Below, piece by piece: positions 8,651 through 17,754 of a DNA stretch of 58,602 bases. Position numbers and translations under genes: made by a program. Under the pieces are notes generated by a model, which had not been told where the DNA came from, searched no databases, and saw only the letters and a list, made by a program, of their open reading frames with translations. Position 1 is the first letter of the stretch; each line of letters starts with the position of its first letter. This DNA is from Robiginitomaculum sp. (GTDB lineage Bacteria > Pseudomonadota > Alphaproteobacteria > Caulobacterales > Maricaulaceae), in the NCBI GenBank assembly GCA_021776675.1, contig JAJFFM010000149.1, positions 1 through 58,602 of the forward strand, in the 5' to 3' direction.

Positions 8651-8984
8651 TCTCCATTTTTAATGCGTTTAAACGCGGCGGTGAAGTTGCACCTTCACCG
8701 CCGCTTAATAAGTTGAGTGCCAGAGTTTGAAGGGGTAATAAGCTCTCTTCTTATTCTTTATCGATAAACGACATATGTCTCATATGCAACTCATTTTTAT
8801 CGTTAAACAATAATTTTTGGTAATGTTTAGAAGATAATCTCATGAATATCGTCCTTGCAAAACGAGTGAGCATGCGTATATACCCGCCGATTATGCTTAT
8901 GGTTAGGTCTCGCTAGGTTAACGCCTAACTAAGGTTTACCAATTAGCTTTGCAGATGAATTTATATAGATAATTAAGAGATAAA

Positions 8985-9458
8985 ATGAAAAAATTTCCAA
9001 TGACAGTTCCCGGCCACGTAGCTTTGGAAGCTGAGTTAAAAGTGCTCAAAACCGAGGAGCGTCCTTATATTATCAACGCTATTGCGGTAGCTCGTGAGCA
9101 CGGCGACTTAAAAGAGAACGCGGAATACCACGCCGCCAAAGAAAAGCAGGGGTTTATCGAAGGACGTATTCAGGAATTAGAGAGTAAGCTCACTCTTGCC
9201 ATGGTGATCGATGCGACTAAACTTGGCGGTGATACGGTAAAATTTGGTGCCACCGTCACGATAGTCAACGAAGATACGGACGAAGAAAGCACTTACCAAA
9301 TCGTCGGCGAAGACGAGGCGAGTATCAAAAACAAAAAGATTTCCATCACGGCCCCTATTGCCCGCGCCTTAATTTCCAAAGAAGTTGGTGATGTGATTGA
9401 GGTCAATGCACCCGGCGGTTCTAAATCTTACGAAATCCTGGACATCGCCTACGTCTAA
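8985..9458 (+). CDS. greA: Transcription elongation factor GreA
   Basis: 157 aa. ...[30 protein letters not shown]... and the C-terminal [17 protein letters not shown] are classic GreA motifs. Confidence 0.95.
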   Translation: MKKFPMTVPGHVALEAELKVLKTEERPYIINAIAVAREHGDLKENAEYHAAKEKQGFIEGRIQELESKLTLAMVIDATKLGGDTVKFGATVTIVNEDTDEESTYQIVGEDEASIKNKKISITAPIARALISKEVGDVIEVNAPGGSKSYEILDIAYV

Positions 9459-10447
9459 TGCCCCACTCCCAGCAAAATGCCGAGCTAACATGTCTTGTCA
9501 TTTCCGATGGACGACGCGGTATTGAAAATCAAGCATTAGGTTTAGCCGAAGCATTGTCTAGCTTAGTTGAAACTACAATCAGCAAACATATTGTCCCGAC
9601 GAGCGGTATATTTAAAGCTCTGCCACCAAGCATACAATTTCTACTTAAATCCAAACCCAAGGATTACGGCATTACGAGCGCGCCCAAAATCGCCATAGGC
9701 TGTGGCCGCCAAGCCATTGCTGCGCTCATGGCATTAAAAAAATCTTTGGGCGCAGATATTTTTACTGTCTATGTGCAAGACCCCCGTATCAATCCTCAGC
9801 ATTTCGATTTGGTAATCGCGCCTGAACATGATGGTCTGTCAGGCCCTAATGTGCAGACTATGATCGGCTCACCCAACAGGATCACGGCAGAACGGCTTAA
9901 AGACGAAGTTCAAAAATTCACTGCGAAATTGGACGAACTTCCAAAGCCTCGCGTTACAGTTTTAATCGGCGGTACATCAAAGACCCACAAATTAACCAAA
10001 GAAGTTCACCAAGGTCACATGCAAGCAATTTGCACTTTGGCAGAACAAGGCATGTCCGTCATGCTCACAACATCACGCCGCACTCCGAATTGGGCCGTGG
10101 AAGATTACAAGAAAATCTCCAATGAGCAGAAGCATATTTGGGTCTGGGATTGCCAGAAACAAGATTGCGGTGACAATCCTTATTTCGCATTTCTAGGCGC
10201 AGCAGACGCAATTTTAGCCACACAAGACAGCACCAATATGCTGACGGAAGCCTGTGCCACTGGCAAGCCCGTATTTACATTACCCATGGCGGGCACGCCG
10301 GGGAAATTTGCTATATTGTATTCAAACTTAAAAAAACGCTGTCATGTTGTGCCTTTTGAAGGATCCATAAGAGCTTCCGCCTACGAACCGCTTAACGAAA
10401 CTGCTCGCTTGGCCGAAATAATATTGCAATATATAGATAAAAATTGA
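9458..10447 (+). CDS. ELM1/DUF1022 family (mitochondrial-fission ELM1-like) protein
   Basis: 329 aa. CLVISDGRRGIENQALGLAEAL matches the DUF1022 N-terminal signature. The start overlaps the greA stop (TAATG). Confidence 0.75.
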   Translation: MPHSQQNAELTCLVISDGRRGIENQALGLAEALSSLVETTISKHIVPTSGIFKALPPSIQFLLKSKPKDYGITSAPKIAIGCGRQAIAALMALKKSLGADIFTVYVQDPRINPQHFDLVIAPEHDGLSGPNVQTMIGSPNRITAERLKDEVQKFTAKLDELPKPRVTVLIGGTSKTHKLTKEVHQGHMQAICTLAEQGMSVMLTTSRRTPNWAVEDYKKISNEQKHIWVWDCQKQDCGDNPYFAFLGAADAILATQDSTNMLTEACATGKPVFTLPMAGTPGKFAILYSNLKKRCHVVPFEGSIRASAYEPLNETARLAEIILQYIDKN

Positions 10448-10525
10448 AGGGAAAGCACCCTTGCCCGCTTGCCTTTACCCTGTATGCACACTACCTACTG
10501 ATTAAATCAAATTCATGAGTTATAT

Positions 10526-11497
10526 ATGTCTAATACGTCACAAGATACCATCCATCATAAAGTCCTTATTATTGGGTCTGGCCCTGCAGGATATACCGCC
10601 GCCGTTTATGCTGCGCGCGCTATGTTAGAGCCAGCAATTGTTGCAGGTATGCAGCCCGGCGGTCAGTTGACCATCACAACAGATGTTGAAAATTACCCCG
10701 GTTTCCCTGAAATCCAAGGGCCGGAATTAATGGAACACTTCAAGACCCACGCCCTAAAATTCGGCACCAAAATCTACGAAGACTTGATTACAGATGTGGA
10801 TTTTTCAAATCGCCCTTTCACCATGAAAGGTGATACAGGTACGACTTACACAGCGGACGCCGTGATTATTGCCACCGGTGCACAAGCCAAGTGGATTGGC
10901 TTGCCTTCCGAAGATTATTTCCAAGGTTTCGGGGTTTCAGCTTGTGCGACCTGCGACGGGTTTTTCTATAGGGATAAAGAAGTTATCGTTGTCGGCGGTG
11001 GTAATACTGCCGTCGAAGAGGCTCTATTTCTTACCAATTTTGCCTCTAAAGTTATCCTTGTGCATCGCCGCGACGAATTACGCTCAGAGAAAATTTTACA
11101 AAAGCGTCTGTTTGAAAATCCAAAAGTTGAGATACTTTGGGATACGACACTTGTTGAAATTCTCGGCGACGACATGCCCAAAGGCGTGACAGCGGCCAAA
11201 TTGAAAAACCTGAAAACCGGCGAAGAATATGACCGTCCTGTACACGGCGTCTTTATTGCAATTGGCCACAAACCATCAACCGAAGTTTTCAAAGGCCACG
11301 TTAAAATGAACGAGGGCGGCTATATTGAAACGGCCGCTGATAGCACGGCGACCGATATTCCAGGCGTCTTCGCTGCGGGCGATGTCAGCGACGAAACTTT
11401 CCGCCAAGCTGTGACTGCGGCTGGACTTGGCTGTATGAGTGCACTTGAAGCTGAAAGATGGTTGACTGAAAATATGCCAGCTGAGAACAAAGATTAG
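10526..11497 (+). CDS. trxB: Thioredoxin-disulfide reductase
   Basis: 323 aa with the GSGPAG FAD motif, the CATCDG redox-active disulfide, the GGGNTAVEEA NADPH motif and a GVFAAGDV C-terminal motif. Confidence 0.95.
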   Translation: MSNTSQDTIHHKVLIIGSGPAGYTAAVYAARAMLEPAIVAGMQPGGQLTITTDVENYPGFPEIQGPELMEHFKTHALKFGTKIYEDLITDVDFSNRPFTMKGDTGTTYTADAVIIATGAQAKWIGLPSEDYFQGFGVSACATCDGFFYRDKEVIVVGGGNTAVEEALFLTNFASKVILVHRRDELRSEKILQKRLFENPKVEILWDTTLVEILGDDMPKGVTAAKLKNLKTGEEYDRPVHGVFIAIGHKPSTEVFKGHVKMNEGGYIETAADSTATDIPGVFAAGDVSDETFRQAVTAAGLGCMSALEAERWLTENMPAENKD

Positions 11498-11505
11498 GAG
11501 GCTCA

Positions 11506-12414
11506 ATGCCGGATACACTGGATTGGGATAAGCTAAAGACATTTCACGCAGCTGCAGACACAGGCTCCCTGACAGCAGCGGCAAACCGTTTACGTATCTC
11601 TCAGTCCGCCGTTTCCAGACAAATTTCTACGCTAGAACACCAACTTGGCGCCCCCCTCTTTCATAGGCATGCACGCGGTTTGACCATGACAGAGCAAGGG
11701 CGAATTCTATTTAAGTCTGCTCATGACATGGCGCACCAGGCCGCACTAGCGCAAGCCAGTGTCATCGATTCGCAGCAAAAACCACAAGGCGTTATACGTG
11801 TCTCCTCCCCAATATCTCTTGGATCCAACTGGCTAATTTCGCTCCTACCTGAGTTTAATAAGCTGTTTCCGTTAATCCGCATTGAATTATTATTAGAAGA
11901 TGAAGAGCATGATTTATCAACAATGGATATTGATTGTGCTTTGCGTCCATGGCCTTCCACACAAGGTGATGTAATTGAACGTAAGCTTGGAAATATCTCT
12001 CAAAGCTTATACGCATCGCATAATTACCTTGCAGAGCACGGCGCACCTGTTGATGTCCACGATCTTGATAAACACGACATTGTTGCTTTCGGCGATATTA
12101 TCCCGGGTCGCCTTATCAGTGCCAATTGGGTGTTGGAATTAGGCCGCCCAGAAGGCAGCCCACGTATTCCTGTGTTGGCCGTCAATAATTTGCACGGTAT
12201 AATGCGTGCAGCAGAGGCCGATTTGGGCATTGTCGGCATACCGGACTATATGGTGGCCATGTCAAAACGATTAGTGCGCGTGCTCCCACAAATCAGCGGT
12301 GAGCCCTTTGACATATATTTTGTTTATCCGTCTGAACTTCGTGGCTCGACCCGTGTACGGGTTTTCCGTGAATTCTTGCTAAATGCAGCAAAAAGATGGC
12401 GCAGAGCCAATTAG
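11506..12414 (+). CDS. LysR-family transcriptional regulator
   Basis: 302 aa with an N-terminal wHTH (LKTFHAAADTGSLTAAANRLRISQSAVSRQISTLE) and a LysR substrate-binding C-terminal domain. Confidence 0.9.
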   Translation: MPDTLDWDKLKTFHAAADTGSLTAAANRLRISQSAVSRQISTLEHQLGAPLFHRHARGLTMTEQGRILFKSAHDMAHQAALAQASVIDSQQKPQGVIRVSSPISLGSNWLISLLPEFNKLFPLIRIELLLEDEEHDLSTMDIDCALRPWPSTQGDVIERKLGNISQSLYASHNYLAEHGAPVDVHDLDKHDIVAFGDIIPGRLISANWVLELGRPEGSPRIPVLAVNNLHGIMRAAEADLGIVGIPDYMVAMSKRLVRVLPQISGEPFDIYFVYPSELRGSTRVRVFREFLLNAAKRWRRAN

Positions 12415-12566
12415 GCATGCATTAATGCATAACAGCTGTGACGATTTGGCACTGCACATTCCCAAAATAATCCCTATATGATAGTTATCGAGTAATTGAT
12501 GCTTCCCCTGCGTCTTACTTGACCAACCGCATACAGTTCCTCCCCGAATAGTATTGCGAAGACTTG

Positions 12567-12602
12567 GCCGAACTTTTGTATTCAAAAGTTCGGCTTTTTT
12601 TT
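12567..12602 (+). terminator. Strong rho-independent terminator, orphan (150 nt past the LysR-family stop)
   Basis: GCCGAACTTTTG-tatt-CAAAAGTTCGGC, a 12-bp perfect stem followed by T8 (12595-12602). Confidence 0.8.
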
Positions 12603-12695
12603 GCCAAATCGAAGCTAAAGACAAACTTATATTAACGTTCTCGCACTATCAATTCATATATTAGAAATTTGTGGCATTGCAAAGGCGGATTTACT

Positions 12696-15149
12696 ATGGG
12701 TAGACTTGACGACGACGATTTAGATAACGACGAAGTTATAGGACAGGAAATTGATAGCTTTCGCATGCAAAACGGCATGGAAGCAGAGCTGTTTCATATC
12801 CTCGACGAGGCCCTAGACGTTGGCGTAAGCGTCCTAGACAAAGATTTAAATTACTTATATATCAATCGTTCCGCTGCTAAAACGCTACACTTGAAAGAGA
12901 GCAACTTTAATGTTGGCGACCCTCTCAGCAAAGTGCACAAGCTTATGGTAGACAACGGAGTTATTGATCCGAAAGTCCTTAACCGCAATAAATTGTCCCC
13001 TGAAGAATTGCGCAAAATGTTTCATTCGGGTCTAGAAACGTCCAAAGATTTAACACCATTTAAAGATGGATCCGTCCACCGCTTGCAGCGCAAGCAAACG
13101 AAAAGCGGCTATACAATTTCCATTAACCAAAATGTCACTCAGCTTTTACAAAAAGAAGAGATGCTACAAAAGGCTCTGGAACTTGGTAAATCCGGTTATT
13201 GGATATATGATTTTCGCACCAAAAAACTTGAGCTTAGCACCTCCTTAAGCACTATCTTATCTAAAGAAGAGCTGAACAAGCTGCATACAAAGGGCATATA
13301 TTCCATGATACATCCTGATGACCGGGATGGTTACAAAAATGCTCTTATACAAATGCAGGAAAACGATGACACCATCAATTATGTCGGCCGCAATATAACT
13401 GCGGACAAATGGTTTAGAACGACAGGTAACTCCGAACGCGACGCGAGCGGCAAATTAGTTCGGCTGCGGGCTTTTGTCAAAGATATCACCGAAGAGACCT
13501 TACAAGCACAAGAGCTTGAAAAAGCCAAAGATGAAGCCATCGCGGCCAGTATGGCAAAATCTGAGTTTCTCGCCAATATGAGCCACGAAATTCGTACCCC
13601 CATGAACGGGGTTCTCGGCATGGCTGAGTTGCTAGAAGAATCAGATATCGACGAGAGGCAACGTGAGTTTGTCGAAGTTATTACCCGTTCTTCAAATGCG
13701 CTGCTGACCATCATCAATGATATTCTGGATTTTTCAAAAATCGAAGCAGGCGCCTTTGAACTGGATCCAGTAGAATTTGACATGCGTGATGTCCTAGCTG
13801 ATGTGACATCCTTATTATCTACCAAAGCCCAAGAAAAAGGGCTTGAATTGATCATCAATTACCCACCTTATATGGAGCAGTACTTTGTTGGTGATGCAGG
13901 GCGTATGCGCCAAATAATCACCAATACGGTTGGGAATGCTGTAAAATTCACCGAGGCCGGACATGTATTAATCAATGTGAAAGTAAAGAATTTATCAGAA
14001 AGCAGCGCCAATTTAACTGTAGAGATTACAGACACAGGCATTGGTATAGAAGCGGATAAACTTGCCAACATTTTCGAAAAGTTCACACAGGCGGATAATA
14101 GTACAACCAGAGTCTACGGCGGCACAGGCTTGGGCTTGAGCATTTCAAAACACATTGTCGAACTTATGGGCGGCAACATGCAGGTCAGTTCCGAGCTCGG
14201 TAAAGGTTCCACATTTAAATTTAATATCCCGGTGCCGATCGATACGACCGCTGAGCGCACCAAACGCGATACGACTAATCTTAAAAACCTCAACGCACTC
14301 ATTATTGACGATATCGCAATTAATAGAACCATTCTCACGGAACGGTTGAAGGCATGGGAAATCAAACCTACAGCCGTTCAAGATGCTGTAGAAGCACTTG
14401 AACACATAAAACAAGAAAAAACCCAAGGCAGACCAATTGACATTATTGTCATGGATTATTTAATGCCCGGCATGAACGGTCAAGATCTTGCCGCCTTGCT
14501 CAGCAGAAATTCGCAAACCAGAGATATACCAATCATCATGTTATCGTCCTGTGACCAACCCATCTCATCCAAAGAACTGCAAGCAATCGGTATACAAGCC
14601 CATTTGGTCAAGCCCGTTCGTGAAGGTCAGCTATATGATAATTTAGTAAAAATTATCTCTGATGCAAAACACAGGTCAAACCAAACAGAGGCAGCAATAC
14701 CTATATCGAATACACAAGCTGACACGGCTCCGGAAGAGACAACGGTCAAAATCCTGGTTGCAGAAGATTTTTTATTGAACCAAGACGTTGTTCGCTTGAT
14801 GTTACAAGATTCGAATTTCGAGCCTGAATTTGCCAATAATGGTCTCGAAGCCGTGGAAAAATTCAAACAGGAACCAAACACGTTTAAAGCCGTATTAATG
14901 GACATTTCAATGCCCGTTATGGACGGTTATGAAGCATCTGAACTTATCCATGCCCATCAAGTAAGTACTGGACAGCCATTGGTACCAATTATTGCTCTTA
15001 CCGGTCACGCCCTAAAACATGACCGTGAAAAATGTCTAGAATCTAGCATGAACGACTATTTGACCAAGCCTGTCAAACAAGACAATTTATTAGCTACGTT
15101 AGAAAAATGGGTATTTGGACAAGAAGCCAATGCGGTGATGAGCGCTTAA
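12696..15149 (+). CDS. Hybrid sensor histidine kinase/response regulator (PAS - HisKA - HATPase_c - REC - REC)
   Basis: H-box SEFLANMSHEIRTPMNGV, N/G boxes (GNAVKFT, DTGIGI, GGTGLGLSI), then two receiver domains (IIDDIAINR...MDYLMPGMNG and VAEDFLLNQ...MDISMPVMDG...KP). I preferred the ATG at 12696 over the TTG at 12669. Confidence 0.9.
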   Translation: MGRLDDDDLDNDEVIGQEIDSFRMQNGMEAELFHILDEALDVGVSVLDKDLNYLYINRSAAKTLHLKESNFNVGDPLSKVHKLMVDNGVIDPKVLNRNKLSPEELRKMFHSGLETSKDLTPFKDGSVHRLQRKQTKSGYTISINQNVTQLLQKEEMLQKALELGKSGYWIYDFRTKKLELSTSLSTILSKEELNKLHTKGIYSMIHPDDRDGYKNALIQMQENDDTINYVGRNITADKWFRTTGNSERDASGKLVRLRAFVKDITEETLQAQELEKAKDEAIAASMAKSEFLANMSHEIRTPMNGVLGMAELLEESDIDERQREFVEVITRSSNALLTIINDILDFSKIEAGAFELDPVEFDMRDVLADVTSLLSTKAQEKGLELIINYPPYMEQYFVGDAGRMRQIITNTVGNAVKFTEAGHVLINVKVKNLSESSANLTVEITDTGIGIEADKLANIFEKFTQADNSTTRVYGGTGLGLSISKHIVELMGGNMQVSSELGKGSTFKFNIPVPIDTTAERTKRDTTNLKNLNALIIDDIAINRTILTERLKAWEIKPTAVQDAVEALEHIKQEKTQGRPIDIIVMDYLMPGMNGQDLAALLSRNSQTRDIPIIMLSSCDQPISSKELQAIGIQAHLVKPVREGQLYDNLVKIISDAKHRSNQTEAAIPISNTQADTAPEETTVKILVAEDFLLNQDVVRLMLQDSNFEPEFANNGLEAVEKFKQEPNTFKAVLMDISMPVMDGYEASELIHAHQVSTGQPLVPIIALTGHALKHDREKCLESSMNDYLTKPVKQDNLLATLEKWVFGQEANAVMSA

Positions 15150-15207
15150 CTCTATGAGGCTGTTGCTCGCAACATGCTTAATTCTATGAGGCTGTTGCTC
15201 GCAACAT
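15144..15207. repeat. Tandem 32-bp duplication (31/32 identical) spanning the stop codons of the convergent kinase and dps genes
   Basis: GCTTAACTCTATGAGGCTGTTGCTCGCAACAT (15144-15175) followed by GCTTAATTCTATGAGGCTGTTGCTCGCAACAT (15176-15207). Confidence 0.9.
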
Positions 15208-15651
15208 CCAGGCAGTCTTCTCGTGCAAAGTAATGCGCGGTGCGACCACATCGCCTGTCGCATCGTCTGAAACATCCTCTGCAATGCGTAAGACCTCGCG
15301 CGCCGTTCTGGCGACTTGCTCATGGCCTTGCTCCAAATTGCGAACCATGTCTTGCCAACTTGGCTCACCGTCTTCTTCTTTAATCGTTGCCAATTTCACG
15401 AACTGTGCGTAGGAACCCGGCGCTTTGTGGCCAAGGGCACGAATACGTTCGGCCAGTTCATCAACCGCCGTCCACATTTCTGTGTACTGATCCATGAACT
15501 GAATATGGAGTTGCTGAAAATGCGGGCCTTCAACATTCCAGTGATATCCGTGAGTTTTTAAATACAGTGTGTATGTATCCGCGAGCAAACGGCTAAGTGC
15601 CTCAGCTGAACGGGCGCGGTCTTCCTCAGAAATCCCAATATTTATATCCAT
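15184..15651 (-). CDS. dps: Dps (DNA starvation/stationary-phase protection protein, ferritin-like)
   Basis: 155 aa. LSRLLADTYTLYLKTHGYHWNVEGPHFQQLH and ...DELAERIRALG are Dps signatures. Confidence 0.92.
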   Translation of the reverse strand: MDINIGISEEDRARSAEALSRLLADTYTLYLKTHGYHWNVEGPHFQQLHIQFMDQYTEMWTAVDELAERIRALGHKAPGSYAQFVKLATIKEEDGEPSWQDMVRNLEQGHEQVARTAREVLRIAEDVSDDATGDVVAPRITLHEKTAWMLRATAS

Positions 15652-15738
15652 TTTTTCCTCTTTTAGAACTATTCCTCTTTTTAGAACTATTCTAAATATA
15701 TAAGATGGTTTTATAAATAATCAAGGCGCTAAGTAAAC

Positions 15739-16959
<1,221 letters not shown>

Positions 16960-17196
16960 CTAAGCCTAAAACTAAATTATCATTTTGCCAGCACAAATTT
17001 CATCAGGGCCAAAAGGACTGAGGCTATACTTTACTAATCATGAATATTGAAATTATTGAGCTCATGGAAAAGCTTGTAACACTTTTATACAATCCGGCCA
17101 AAATGAGACCCTTCCGTCACATAATCACCTTAGCATTGCCTTACTCATTACATATTCCCCATCCATAAATCAGGCTCACGCTTGTAGGAGATTATT

Positions 17197-17280
17197 ATGC
17201 GGCACTTTGCTTTTGAAAAGTTTGTCGGTGGCACGACTTTGGCACTTGGGTTTATTATGTTGATTGGGATGAATGTCTAA
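17197..17280 (+). CDS. Candidate 27-aa hydrophobic small protein (below the ORF-track cutoff)
   Basis: AGGAG lies 6 nt before the ATG at 17197. The product is MRHFAFEKFVGGTTLALGFIMLIGMNV. The stop at 17278-17280 overlaps the ATG of the next ORF (ATGTCTAA). Confidence 0.25.
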   Translation: MRHFAFEKFVGGTTLALGFIMLIGMNV

Positions 17281-17563
17281 ATTAAATAATTCTGATGCGC
17301 TTAGGCATTTAAAATCCGGTGATATTATCGACGCCAAGTCCTTTGGACTTAAACTCATTGATAACACATATCAAAGGTTCATGGTTCTCAGGGCAGATAT
17401 TGTTCACAATAGTCACGCTGATATCGTTTGCGCGAATGACATCACATATATGAAGAGCAAGAATACTTCAAACATCTTAACCCTGAGCAGTAATTATCCA
17501 TTTGGACGTCTCAGAGGCGACACACCCTTGCGGTATGTAATATATGGTAAATTAGTTCGCTAA
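17273..17563 (+). CDS. Hypothetical protein (AT-rich orphan)
   Basis: 96-aa ORF in an otherwise empty 800-bp AT-rich gap. Its start overlaps the stop of the upstream small ORF. I recognise no motif. Confidence 0.3.
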   Translation: MSKLNNSDALRHLKSGDIIDAKSFGLKLIDNTYQRFMVLRADIVHNSHADIVCANDITYMKSKNTSNILTLSSNYPFGRLRGDTPLRYVIYGKLVR

Positions 17564-17754
17564 GCACTCCTAAAACAGCCCAAAAACACATCCCGTAAAT
17601 ACACCCATAAAAACTGGAGCGAGCATTACCTAAAATTAAGTGCAATTATTGCCGACGAATCGCTAAATTTGTGCAAAATTCAACATTAGGGGATGAGCCT
17701 CTAAGAATTTGTAGCAGTGCGGGTCTTTAGACACGGCAGATTTAGCGAGCATTT

